A stretch of 64,000 nucleotides of DNA from Candidatus Bathyarchaeota archaeon (GTDB lineage Archaea; Thermoproteota; Bathyarchaeia; Bathyarchaeales; Bathycorpusculaceae). The stretch spans positions 32,001 to 96,000 of the forward strand of contig CAVTBV010000012.1 in assembly GCA_963733095.1 (NCBI GenBank), written 5' to 3'. A program made the position numbers and the translations under genes. Position 1 is the stretch's first letter, and each line of letters begins with the position of its first letter. Positions 30,638 to 40,153 of the stretch are shown piece after piece. The notes under the pieces are model-generated. The model had not been told where the DNA came from. It made no database searches and worked only from the letters and a program-made list of their open reading frames with translations.

Positions 30638-31692
30638 CTTATGATTCCTGTTGCTTTGGCTGTTTTTTCGCAGGTTTCGGCGTTGAGGTTTAGTTTGTGG
30701 AGGATGGTGTAACGTTCAGGTCTTATTTTTGCGGCCATCTCCAAAGCCTTAACCACATCGGATTCTTTAACGCCTAGTTCCGCGGCTGTTGTTGGGGCGC
30801 CTAGTTGTTTGAGGGTTTTTTTGATGCGTTGCCAGTTCGAGTTGTAGAGGTAAGCGGTTAAGATGGTGCCGACGCCGCATTGTTCGCCGTGCATGGCGTG
30901 GTTTTCGTTTATGATGTCTAAGGCGTGGCTGAAGAGGTGTTCGGAGCCGCTGCAGGGGCGGCTGCTTCCAGCGATGCTCATGGCAACCCCACAGCTGATG
31001 AGGGCTTCCAGAAGAACCCGCAGTCCTTCATCTTGTCTATAAACGATTAAATCCGCATTCTCCGTGACTATTTTAGCACTCATTAACGCCAAACTTGCCG
31101 CGTATCCACCATAATACTCGTTGTATTCTGTGTGTGCAAGTTTCCAGTCTTTGACGGCTGTGAACTTGGAGATTACATCTCCGCAGCCGCTGACCACAAA
31201 ACGCCAAGGTGCCTTTGCGATTATTTCTGTGTCTGCAATTATTGCCAGTGGCGCTTGAGCGAGGACAGAGTAGGGTTTGTCGGAGCCTTTAATTGAGGCA
31301 AGGGGGCTCGCGATGCCGTCATGGGATACGGTCGTGGGTACACTGATGAAGGGAACTTTTAAGCTGCCTGAACAGACTTTCGCCGAGTCAATTATTGTTC
31401 CGCCTCCGATACCGAAGAGCACATGAGGCTTCAACTCTTTTATCTGGTTCTCAAGCTTCTCCACATCCTTTAACGTCATGGTTTTGATGGCGCAAAAATC
31501 CACAGTCAAACCTGAGTCTTCTAAGAGTTTAGAAACTTTTCTTCCCGCAAGGTCATAACATTGGGTGTCCGAAAGAACCAGCGCTGTTCCTTTGAGGTTT
31601 AGTCGTTTGGCGACTTCGGGGATGCGGTTGATGGTGCCTTTTCCGACAATGACCTCCCGTGGAAGCTGCATGTAATGGTAGTTTAAAGTCAA
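30634..31692 (-). CDS. egsA: sn-glycerol-1-phosphate dehydrogenase
   Basis: GIGGGTIID, PTTVSHDGIASP, SSRPCSGSEHLFSHALD, HGEQCG, RPERYTIL. Confidence 0.96.
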   Translation of the reverse strand: MTLNYHYMQLPREVIVGKGTINRIPEVAKRLNLKGTALVLSDTQCYDLAGRKVSKLLEDSGLTVDFCAIKTMTLKDVEKLENQIKELKPHVLFGIGGGTIIDSAKVCSGSLKVPFISVPTTVSHDGIASPLASIKGSDKPYSVLAQAPLAIIADTEIIAKAPWRFVVSGCGDVISKFTAVKDWKLAHTEYNEYYGGYAASLALMSAKIVTENADLIVYRQDEGLRVLLEALISCGVAMSIAGSSRPCSGSEHLFSHALDIINENHAMHGEQCGVGTILTAYLYNSNWQRIKKTLKQLGAPTTAAELGVKESDVVKALEMAAKIRPERYTILHKLNLNAETCEKTAKATGIIS

Positions 31693-32034
31693 ATCAGACC
31701 CCTGTTAACTTGCAATGACCTAATTGGGATGGATGCTTTAAAACTTTGGGAAATTAACAGTCATTTACTTTCTAAAAATGCTCTAGAAGATATGTTAATT
31801 AAAAAATGGGTTGGTTAAGGTTTCTTGGCGAAAACCGCTTTCCCAACATTAACTGCAGCCGCCGTTTTGCATGCGGCAATAGTTGGCGCAGCTAAGAAAG
31901 GCAGGTGGTAATGACCGATTTCTTGGTTATTGACAAGTCAAAAGGAGGCGGCATGTTTGAGATTCTCAGTTTGGTTAATGTTATGCTTAAATATTGATTG
32001 TTGGTTTATTGGTTTTTAAGGAGACATAGAAAAC

Positions 32035-32307
32035 ATGCCCGCCATTGAAGTCGGCAGAATATGCGTAAAACAGCTCGGTCGCGAACTCGGCAAAAAATGC
32101 GTCATCATCGACGTCATGGACAAAAGTTTCGTGTTAGTTACGGGACCCAAAAAAGTAACCGGAGTCAAGCGAAGGCGAGTAAACATAAACCACATCATGC
32201 CCCTCACAGACAAGATTGAAGTCAAAAGAGGCGCCTCAGACGAGGAAGTTGCCCAAGCCCTAGAAGTTGCAGGCAAACTTAAAGACATGACTTTAAATGC
32301 CGCATAA
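32035..32307 (+). CDS. rpl14e: 50S ribosomal protein L14e
   Basis: [42 protein letters not shown]. Confidence 0.97.
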   Translation: MPAIEVGRICVKQLGRELGKKCVIIDVMDKSFVLVTGPKKVTGVKRRRVNINHIMPLTDKIEVKRGASDEEVAQALEVAGKLKDMTLNAA

Positions 32308-32369
32308 TTTTAAACCTTAATTACCTCAACTTCTTTTTCTTACAACCAACTAGGAGCAAAACCCCAAGA

Positions 32370-33401
32370 ATGCCCAGAACAACCCCTCCGTGGGAAATCA
32401 AACGTGAATTGCTAACCAAAGCAGAGGACTCTACCAACCCAAAGTACGGTTGTAAACCTTCTGAGCGCCCAGCAAAAGAGTATATTAGGTATGGTACGAT
32501 TAATTTGGATAAGCCTGCAGGTCCCACAAGCCATGAGGTTGCAGCTTGGGTAAAAAGAATCATGCATCTGGAAGCTATCGGGCATGGAGGAACCCTTGAC
32601 CCCAAAGTCACAGGGATTTTACCCATCACCTTGGAAGATGCAACCAAGATGGTTCAGGCGTTACTCCACAGTGGCAAAGAATACGTCTGCGTAATGAAAC
32701 TTCATGGGGATGTGCCTGAGGACCATGTTAAACGTGTTCTGACGGAGTTTGAGGACGAAATTTTTCAGCGTCCACCCCTGCGATCATCCGTTAAGAGGCA
32801 GTTAAGGACAAGGCGAATTTACTATAATGACTTCATCGAGTTAGATGGGCGTAATGTGCTCTTCAAAGTCGGTTGCGAAGGCGGCACGTACATCCGTAAA
32901 CTCTGCTTTGACATCGGCGAAATCCTCGGCGTTGGCGCCCACATGCAAGAACTTCGCCGCACACGAGCAGGACCATTTATCGAATCCAGCGCCAAAAAAG
33001 TCACATTGCACGATGTAGCTTACTGGTTTGGCGAATTCGAAACTAAGAAAGACCAATCTTTTTTGTGCAAATTCATAGAGCCCATGGAAGTTGCATTGAT
33101 GCAGATTCCGAAAATGGTCGTTCGCGACTCTGCTGTTGACGCACTCTGCCATGGAGCCAATTTGACTGCGCCAGGGGTTCTACAAGTTGACACAGGCATA
33201 GTGAAAGACTCAACAGTTGCGGTTTTCACGCTCAAAGGTGAAGCGGTGTCATTGGCGAAGGCTCTTGTTTCAACCCAAGAAATCATGGAGTTGACTCATG
33301 GTGCTGTAGCTGCTTCGTCACGTGTGTTGATGCCAAGAGGCACTTACCCGAAAGTTTGGAAGAGTGGGGGCGCCAATGAGCAAAGATCCAAAGAGCGTTG
33401 A
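32370..33401 (+). CDS. cbf5: H/ACA pseudouridine synthase Cbf5 (TruB family)
   Basis: LDKPAGPTSHEV, GHGGTLDPKVTG, QRPPLRSSVKR, GTYIRKLC, PUA domain. Confidence 0.97.
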   Translation: MPRTTPPWEIKRELLTKAEDSTNPKYGCKPSERPAKEYIRYGTINLDKPAGPTSHEVAAWVKRIMHLEAIGHGGTLDPKVTGILPITLEDATKMVQALLHSGKEYVCVMKLHGDVPEDHVKRVLTEFEDEIFQRPPLRSSVKRQLRTRRIYYNDFIELDGRNVLFKVGCEGGTYIRKLCFDIGEILGVGAHMQELRRTRAGPFIESSAKKVTLHDVAYWFGEFETKKDQSFLCKFIEPMEVALMQIPKMVVRDSAVDALCHGANLTAPGVLQVDTGIVKDSTVAVFTLKGEAVSLAKALVSTQEIMELTHGAVAASSRVLMPRGTYPKVWKSGGANEQRSKER

Positions 33402-33990
33402 TCACTATTTTTCGTCGGTTCCCAAGTCGCAGGATCGCTTCGGGCTTGTTCGAACTATCCTCTGCGGCAAATCCTTCGAGTTTTTAACTTCATCGAGCGT
33501 TTTTTCGAAGCGAAAAGTTGATTGCGGCACTCGACTACTCATCGAATCCATGGTTCTTCCAAAAACAGGATGCGTTCTGGACATTGGTTGCGGGTACGGA
33601 GTTGTGGGAATTGCAGTAGCTAAATTCAACCCCAAATTGCATGTGATCATGACGGATGTGAACGCAAGGGCTGTGCGTTTAGCTAAAAAGAATTTAGGAT
33701 TAAACGGGGTAACAAATGCCGAGGTCCGCTACGGCTTCTTCTATGAGCCTGTAGAGGATTTAAGGTTCAATTGTGTTTTGTCGAATCCGCCCGTAAGCGC
33801 AGGTATGGAAACCGTTAAGGCAATAGTGACTGGCGCTCCAAAAGTGATGGCGCCAGGTGCTAGTTTTCGTATGGTTATTCGCTCTAAAATCGGTGCCAAA
33901 ATATTGCCTGAATTGTTTTCGATAACCTTTGGCAACTGTGGTGTGGTTGCACGGGAAAGCGGTTTTCGGGTACTCATGGGCAAACTGTAA
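33376..33990 (+). CDS. Class I SAM methyltransferase (RsmC/MTS-like)
   Basis: HYFS, VFS...D.GTRLL, LDIGCGYG, SNPP. Confidence 0.9.
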   Translation: MSKDPKSVDHYFSSVPKSQDRFGLVRTILCGKSFEFLTSSSVFSKRKVDCGTRLLIESMVLPKTGCVLDIGCGYGVVGIAVAKFNPKLHVIMTDVNARAVRLAKKNLGLNGVTNAEVRYGFFYEPVEDLRFNCVLSNPPVSAGMETVKAIVTGAPKVMAPGASFRMVIRSKIGAKILPELFSITFGNCGVVARESGFRVLMGKL

Positions 33991-34094
33991 GATTCTGTGT
34001 CTTTTTGACTGGAGTTTTGTTTCTTTTTCTCTTTGTGTTTCGCCTTAATTTATGGCAGACAAAAAGTGAGCATTTATCAGACAAGACCTTATAG

Positions 34095-34346
34095 GTGAGG
34101 TCCCAAAAAGTGTCCATATGGCGGCATAAAGTGACAGACGGAAACAAACGGGAACGAATAACGATCCGGCTCACAAAAAGGTACCTTGACCTGTTAAACC
34201 TGCTAATCGAGAGAGGAGTGTACAACAGTCGCAATGAAGCAATTCGAGATGTCCTCCGCATTATGTATGAATACCATGGGTTGAAGGTGTCTTCTGACAA
34301 AAACGCAGTGTTTGAAGCCAACCCGAATGATACGGGCAAGAACTAA
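34095..34346 (+). CDS. Ribbon-helix-helix transcription regulator (CopG/CdrS-like)
   Basis: ERITIRL...LIERGVYNSRNEAIRD.LR. Confidence 0.82.
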   Translation: MRSQKVSIWRHKVTDGNKRERITIRLTKRYLDLLNLLIERGVYNSRNEAIRDVLRIMYEYHGLKVSSDKNAVFEANPNDTGKN

Positions 34347-34423
34347 TTTTTGCTTAAGTACCGCAAACTTGAAAAAGCCACCTGTCCATAAGGTCAGAAG
34401 AAACAAGCATTCAGGTGGTAGCC

Positions 34424-34675
34424 ATGGCAAAACTCAATAAAGTCGATGAAAAAGTTGTTGCAACTCTTCAATCAGAAGGTAGAGAATTAACACTACAAGA
34501 ATTAACTGATAAAACGGGCGAACCCTCCAAGAAGGTTTTTCGTTCCTTGCGAAAACTTTTCGAAAACGAGGTTGTGTCAACCCAAGCCCGCAAATACAAG
34601 CTGGTAATTACCGACACCAAAGCAATCAAAGCGAAGCTTGCGGCTAAGGCAGAAGACGAAAGCGAACCCGAGTAA
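34424..34675 (+). CDS. Small winged-helix DNA-binding protein
   Basis: LTLQELTDKTGEPSKKVFRSLRKLFENEVV helix-turn-helix pattern. Confidence 0.72.
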   Translation: MAKLNKVDEKVVATLQSEGRELTLQELTDKTGEPSKKVFRSLRKLFENEVVSTQARKYKLVITDTKAIKAKLAAKAEDESEPE

Positions 34676-34692
34676 AAATTTTTTGTTAAATT

Positions 34693-34769
34693 TGGAGCCT
34701 CGAGCGGGCCTTGCTCCCGCGGCCTGCTGCTTACAAGGCAGCCGCTCTACTGGGCTGAGCTATCGAGGC
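34693..34769 (-). tRNA. tRNA-Thr(UGU), CCA encoded, non-canonical D/T loops
   Basis: GCCTCGA-TA-GCTC agcccagta GAGC-G-GCTGC ctTGTaa GCAGC-aggcc-GCGGG agcaagg CCCGC-TCGAGGC-T-CCA; all four stems are perfect. Confidence 0.93.
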
Positions 34770-34937
34770 ACTCAACAAAGTTGCCCAGATTACACCAACA
34801 AATAAACCTTATACAAATAAAAGTTACTGCTAAAAATCCAACATGACTTGGATTCGCAGAGGAAAATTTACCTTTCCATGGTTTGTTTTTCTGTTTAGCA
34901 AGACATCAATTTCAACCATGCGAGTAACAGTCAAAGC

Positions 34938-35159
34938 TTATTGTTCGCAGCTTATTACTTCGTCTTTGTCTTCTTTCATTTTTAAATTATGTTTTTTGAC
35001 AATGTTGGTTATTTGTTGAATGATTTCGGAATCCGCGGCTACTTTTAAGTGTATTTCAAGGTTTTTAGCAGCGCCTTTCGAGGGAAGGTTAGACACTAAG
35101 TAGTAGGCGTTTGCACCCATGTTTTCGCCAAGATTTATAATTTCTTTACCAGATAGCAA
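34938..35159 (-). CDS. Hypothetical protein
   Basis: 73-aa ORF with a TTG start and protein-like composition. Confidence 0.5.
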   Translation of the reverse strand: MLSGKEIINLGENMGANAYYLVSNLPSKGAAKNLEIHLKVAADSEIIQQITNIVKKHNLKMKEDKDEVISCEQ

Positions 35160-35354
35160 CCGCTTTATCCCTTTTCAGGTTAATGTTTCTCCCACCCAAC
35201 CAACAATACGTACAGCAAATAATCTTTGGGTGATGCCAACGTTTCCTAGAAAAAAGGCCATCACTTGCCGTTGTTGCTTCAATGTGTGACAACATCATCT
35301 TATATCATTTACAAGTGTAACAAGATAAAACAAGAAAAGATAAAGAGCCAACGA

Positions 35355-35440
35355 GTTGAGCGGGTCTGGCGGCTAACAAAAGGAGAAGGCACAAAGGTTT
35401 TTGCCTCCCCAAAACTAGCCCACGGCTAAATCCGCCCAAC
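35355..35440. ncRNA. Putative structured RNA (long interrupted hairpin), minus strand slightly favoured
   Basis: GTTGAGCGG/CCGCCCAAC, GGCTA/TAGCC and AGGCA/TGCCT nested stems; a U-rich tract follows on the minus strand. Confidence 0.4.
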
Positions 35441-35586
35441 CATCACTTTTTGCCCCTTATGAAATGCTCGGTGCTGCTTCTAATTTAGAAGCTTGCGTAT
35501 TTTTGTTAACCACTCTTTGTTCAGTCATTAATCAAACATATGTGTTTATACCATCAACATTCAAACTGAAGGAAAAAGTGTCCTCA

Positions 35587-35712
35587 ATGGTTAATTTTCC
35601 TAAATGCGATAAAAAATTGATGAAAACCGATAAAAAGTTAGAGAATTCTGTCTTCTTTGTAGCAGTTTTCACTTGCGACGAATGCGAAAAACAACTTGCA
35701 GTTACTCATTAA
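35587..35712 (+). CDS. 41-aa zinc-ribbon-like microprotein (first Cys missing)
   Basis: MVNFPKCDKK...FTCDECEKQ; TTTATA upstream. Confidence 0.45.
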   Translation: MVNFPKCDKKLMKTDKKLENSVFFVAVFTCDECEKQLAVTH

Positions 35713-35874
35713 TTCGTCTTAACCCTGAGGCGGGTCGGGTCTTACTATTTCTTGCTTTGGCTTCTTTAATTTCTTGGGGTTTGGTTCTGCCGCGATCTGT
35801 TTTTGCCCCATAATGTAAAAACTTGTTGTTGCAAAAGCACAACCACATGAGTATTTATCATAAGACACACTAAT

Positions 35875-35990
35875 TGATAATCAGGCAAGGGTTGACTTAA
35901 ACGTTAAGCGAAGTGTTCTATCTCTCTCTTCCTGAATATTTCGCTTGCGTCTAGGTTAACCCAAGCTCAACATCAACGATATATTTCCTT
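35875..35990 (+). ncRNA. Putative small RNA: ~30-bp rod hairpin with a pyrimidine-rich loop
   Basis: GGGTTGACT/GGTTAACCC, TAAACG/CGTCTA, TAAGCGAA/TTCGCTTG, GTGTTC/GAATAT; most irregular pairs are G-U on +; TTTATCA box at 35854; T-rich end. Confidence 0.55.
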
Positions 35991-36137
35991 TTAAAATAAA
36001 AGCCTTGCTCAAACCCATTTTCTCCGCACATTCAATTAATAAATCTTGGAATTCTATAATTTGTTAAAAGATTAGTTTAGAAACAAAAATATTGGGATTG
36101 CCCAAAGAAAATATAGAAAAAAGTTGAAGGGGTGTCT

Positions 36138-36671
36138 TTATTTTACTGAGACTTTCCTTTTTGGCTTCGGTGCTTTTTTGGGAAGAACTATTTGCAGAAC
36201 ACCTTCAGAAAGGTTAGCTGCAACATCGTCTAACTTGATTTCCTCGGGCAACTCTATTTCTCTGTAAAACGTTTCACAAGCACGCTCTTTGCAGATGAAT
36301 AATTTGCCTTTATCGTCATACTTCCATCCTGCATAGCCAGTTATCGCTACAGCGTTATCCTGTACTTCGATTTGTATGTCATCTTTTTTGAAGCCAGGCA
36401 TCTCTGCCATTACGATATATTCTTTTTCATGGTCTTCAATGTCGGTTACCGGGACTCTAACTTGAGGAATGATTGAGAGGTCAGACCAAACTGACGGAAA
36501 AAGCAAGTCTTCAAAATCATTTCTGAATCGGTTAAAGGTGTTGTCGAATTCTCGCCAAAGATTTGAGGTGGAAGGCTGTGCTAACGAGGTGGTTTTCTTT
36601 TGGGAGGGCTTTTTCTTTGTCACGGATAGTTTGGTTTCTTCAGCTTTGGCGGTTTTTTTATTTTCACTCAC
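36138..36671 (-). CDS. Small heat shock protein (Hsp20)
   Basis: VTDIED...AEMPGFKKDDI, FYREIELPEEI, ANLSEGVLQIVLPK, VSV tail; GTG 36671 follows SD GGTGA. Confidence 0.92.
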   Translation of the reverse strand: MSENKKTAKAEETKLSVTKKKPSQKKTTSLAQPSTSNLWREFDNTFNRFRNDFEDLLFPSVWSDLSIIPQVRVPVTDIEDHEKEYIVMAEMPGFKKDDIQIEVQDNAVAITGYAGWKYDDKGKLFICKERACETFYREIELPEEIKLDDVAANLSEGVLQIVLPKKAPKPKRKVSVK

Positions 36672-36929
36672 GAAATTCACCGTTATTAGGTTTGTTGCCC
36701 CTGTCTGGATATATTCATTTGTGGTTGTTAGCAAGCAACAACACCAAGTCAGCTTAAGATTGGGCATCTGAAATGACCGGTCTGAATGTCGAAAAAGCTT
36801 CATAACATAAGGGCAAAATAAGAAAACAATAGAAGTTAAGTGTAACTGCCAGAAGCCAACAACATACTTTTATAACAAACAAGCGTACCCTTCATTGAAA
36901 CAAGATAAACTTTTGACCAGGTAATATCT

Positions 36930-37301
36930 TTGAAAAAAATAATAGTTATTGACGATGACACGTTTATTTTGAAGTCATTTTCTCGTGTCCTTACCAGTCG
37001 GGGCTTTGAAGTTGAGACCGCAGAAACTGGAAAGCAAGCATTAGAAAAACTAAAACAAAGCTTTTTCGATTTAGCTTTGATTGACGTTTGCCTTCCCGAC
37101 ATGGAGGGTACCGACCTGCTTGAGAACGCTAAGAAGGAACTGGAAAAAACCGTTAAAATCATGCTCACCGGGCATCCATCGGTGGAAACAAGTGAAAAAG
37201 CAACATTTGAAGGTGCTGACACCTACATTGTTAAACCGATTAAAATGGATGAGTTAATTTCTGTTATCAATTTTTTTCTAAAGCCAAAACAGAGTGAATA
37301 A
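36930..37301 (+). CDS. Stand-alone response regulator receiver
   Basis: VIDDD, LIDVCLPDMEG, MLTG, YIVKP. Confidence 0.92.
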   Translation: MKKIIVIDDDTFILKSFSRVLTSRGFEVETAETGKQALEKLKQSFFDLALIDVCLPDMEGTDLLENAKKELEKTVKIMLTGHPSVETSEKATFEGADTYIVKPIKMDELISVINFFLKPKQSE

Positions 37302-37403
37302 AAAAGCAGGGTAAACATTTACCCTCGTACTTTTTCCTTGTTTAAGTTTAAACCGTGAGTTAATACAATTACGGATTCTCTAAAACTACATCAACTTATC
37401 TCT

Positions 37404-38138
37404 CTAAAGTCTTTTTGGATGGCCAACTACGCTAAGACAAATCGCACTCTCTTCAATTCCATCAGTGCCCAGTATTGAGTTGATTTCATCATCGAAGAAA
37501 GCCCCAACATGGCAAGATCCATAGGTAATGCTTACTGCCGCCAGAGCCAAGTTTTCCGCTATGTGCCCTGCATCCAAATAGATGTACCTGTAAGCTCTCT
37601 GAGAGTATTTCCACTTTGACCTTCTAAAGATAGCCGTCCAGATGAAGACAACGGATGCATCTGCACACATTTCTTGGTCTAAAGCAGCGTGGGCTAATTT
37701 CTCGCCAAAACTTCCAAGCTTAATCTCTTCCAACGAATGATTCTTGATATTATAGTGGTAGATGCCTTTCTCCAGTTCTTCCACGTTGTTAACATAAATG
37801 TATGTCTCTATGGGGTATAATGCTCCAGCCGATGGTGCTGTGCGGAACTCGTAATTGTGTTCAGTTCTTTGGACGCCTGTAGATGTCCAAAGGAGAAAAG
37901 CCAAATCAACCTTGCTCAAAGGCTTAGTTGAGAATGTTCGTATGCTTTTACGTTTTTTAATTGCCTCAGTAAAGCTAAGGGTTGATTCTTGAAAGGATCT
38001 GGACAATTGAACGGCTTTACTGGCGGGATAGCTTTTGTAAACTTCAGGCTTGTTCGCCCAGTCCAAAGTACTACCCCAACTTTTGTTGCGAGAGTACTTT
38101 GTCTCAGTTTGAAAATCGTCTCCAACGTTTTTTTCCAT
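37404..38138 (-). CDS. SagB/ThcOx-family nitroreductase-like FMN dehydrogenase
   Basis: KRKSIR, RTAPSAGALYPIE, RAYRYIYLDAGHIAENL, GAFFDD. Confidence 0.92.
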   Translation of the reverse strand: MEKNVGDDFQTETKYSRNKSWGSTLDWANKPEVYKSYPASKAVQLSRSFQESTLSFTEAIKKRKSIRTFSTKPLSKVDLAFLLWTSTGVQRTEHNYEFRTAPSAGALYPIETYIYVNNVEELEKGIYHYNIKNHSLEEIKLGSFGEKLAHAALDQEMCADASVVFIWTAIFRRSKWKYSQRAYRYIYLDAGHIAENLALAAVSITYGSCHVGAFFDDEINSILGTDGIEESAICLSVVGHPKRL

Positions 38139-38626
38139 TAGCTACACCTTTCAAAAGCAATGGGTATTAACTTCAATCGAGCGCTAAATATTATTTATTA
38201 GTTTTCTTTTTTTGGCTGGAAAACTTTAACATTTTTAAAAACCAGAATTAAGCCGTTGTAACAACAAAAGTTAGCAAGTTCCCAAAAGCATGATGGCTCT
38301 TCAAGCTTAAAACCACCAAATCCTAAAATCAATGCACCCTCTTGCTTTTGACCTCATCTTTCAAATAACTAAAGTTCAATCCAGCCCATTTTATCATACC
38401 TTGATGCTTGAGAACTTGATTTATTAAGTCAATATTTCTTTTAAAATAACAGTTCAATAAACAACCATTATTTTACATGTTTAAAGCAAAATCAACCATC
38501 AAAACATGTTACAGCTCCCTGTGGGAACAAGGGTTTTCTCCTCAGAGTGCAGTTAACTTAAAGAACAAGCAGCAAATATACTAAGCATTCGCAAACTTAA
38601 AACGTGGAAAGTGGTGTAGGCTACAA

Positions 38627-40153
38627 GTGGCTCAAGCAACCTTTGAAGAAATCAGCGCATCAGACTTTTTCTACAGGAACCGAGACATCGCAGGCTTAAC
38701 GAACCCTTCACGCGCCATCTTTGTCGCTATTCGTGAAATCGTAGAAAACTCTTTAGATGCAGCGGAGAGCCAAAGAATTCCTCCAGACGTCTACGTACGT
38801 TTGTCCTACGAGGGCGAAGCCACCAAAGAAACACAAATCTACAAACTCCGCGTCGAAGACAACGGCAGCGGAATCCCACCCCGATTCATTCCCTCAGCCT
38901 TCGGCCAAGTGCTCTACGGAAGCAAATACAAGCTCAAACAGGCAAGAGGCACCTTCGGCTTAGGAGGAAAAATGGCAGTGCTCTACGGACAAATTACAAC
39001 CCACCAACCAGTTTATGTAACCTCAAGCACTGGGCAAGAAAAAATCTATAGCTTCAAATTAATGATCGATATCCAGCGGAACAAACCCATAATTTTAGAC
39101 CGCAAAGTCCTAATCAACAAAGACCAATGGCGCGGCACCATCGTTGAATTCACACTTGAAGGCGACTATCTACGTGCCATGCCAAAAATCATCGAGTACT
39201 TCAAACAAACTGCCATGGTTAACCCATATGCAAACATTACTTTTGTTGACCCTAAAGGCAGGCTCTACAAGTTCACAAGAGCAACAACCGAAATGCCTGA
39301 ACCACCTAAAGAAACAATGCCTCATCCCTACGGAGTTGACGTGGAACTCCTCCAGCGCCTCATCCAAATAACAACCTTCACAACAATGAAAGAGTTCTTG
39401 AAAGGGCAATTTCATCGAGTCGGCGAAATTACCGCGCAGAAATTTCTCGAGTTCGCAGGTATCCCCCAAACCAAGAATCCCAAAAAATTATCCCACGAAG
39501 AAATCGTGCGCTTGATGCAGAACCTCAAGAAATACAAAGACTTTCTTCCTCCAGACGCCAGTTGCCTCTCACCGCTGGGCGAAGACTTGCTTAAAGCTGG
39601 TATCGAAAAAGAGCTCAAACCTGAGTACCTTGTGGTTCACCAGCGTAAACCTTCCACTTATGCGGGTCATCCATTCATCGTTGAGTTAGCTATGGCTTAT
39701 GGTGGAGAAGTCCCAAAGCGCGGAACATTTGTAATTTACCGCTTCGCCAACAAAATCCCACTTCTCTACGACGAAGCAAGCGACGTTTCTTACCGGGTAA
39801 TCTCAGCCATGAACTGGCGCCGTTACAAAGTCCAGCCTGAAATGCCCATAGCAATAGTTGTGCACATTTGCAGCACCAAAGTCCCGTACAAAACCGTAGG
39901 CAAAGAATTCATCTCCGACCGACCTGAAGTACGCAGAGAAGTCGCAAACGCACTGCGCGAGGTTGCACGTCAACTACAACACTTCTTGGCAAGGCAAGAA
40001 CACGTGCACATGGAGAAGAAAAGGCTGGGAATTTTCAGCAAATACCTACCAAGAATCGCGGAGTTCTCAACCATTCTTGCCCAGAAAGACAAGCGACCAG
40101 ACATAGATAAATTACTTAAGAGTGTGCAGAAGTATGGAACAGAAGAAAGCTAA
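38627..40153 (+). CDS. top6B: DNA topoisomerase VI subunit B
   Basis: EIVENSLDA, VEDNGSGI, QARGTFGLGGK, RFANKIPL, VPYKTVGKE. Confidence 0.98.
   Translation: MAQATFEEISASDFFYRNRDIAGLTNPSRAIFVAIREIVENSLDAAESQRIPPDVYVRLSYEGEATKETQIYKLRVEDNGSGIPPRFIPSAFGQVLYGSKYKLKQARGTFGLGGKMAVLYGQITTHQPVYVTSSTGQEKIYSFKLMIDIQRNKPIILDRKVLINKDQWRGTIVEFTLEGDYLRAMPKIIEYFKQTAMVNPYANITFVDPKGRLYKFTRATTEMPEPPKETMPHPYGVDVELLQRLIQITTFTTMKEFLKGQFHRVGEITAQKFLEFAGIPQTKNPKKLSHEEIVRLMQNLKKYKDFLPPDASCLSPLGEDLLKAGIEKELKPEYLVVHQRKPSTYAGHPFIVELAMAYGGEVPKRGTFVIYRFANKIPLLYDEASDVSYRVISAMNWRRYKVQPEMPIAIVVHICSTKVPYKTVGKEFISDRPEVRREVANALREVARQLQHFLARQEHVHMEKKRLGIFSKYLPRIAEFSTILAQKDKRPDIDKLLKSVQKYGTEES

Noticed and set aside
37404-38138. 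RiPP (azole) biosynthetic cluster around the SagB-like gene
   Set aside because: No YcaO, E1-like protein, transporter or Cys/Ser/Thr-rich precursor is adjacent; stand-alone SagB-like genes are common in archaea
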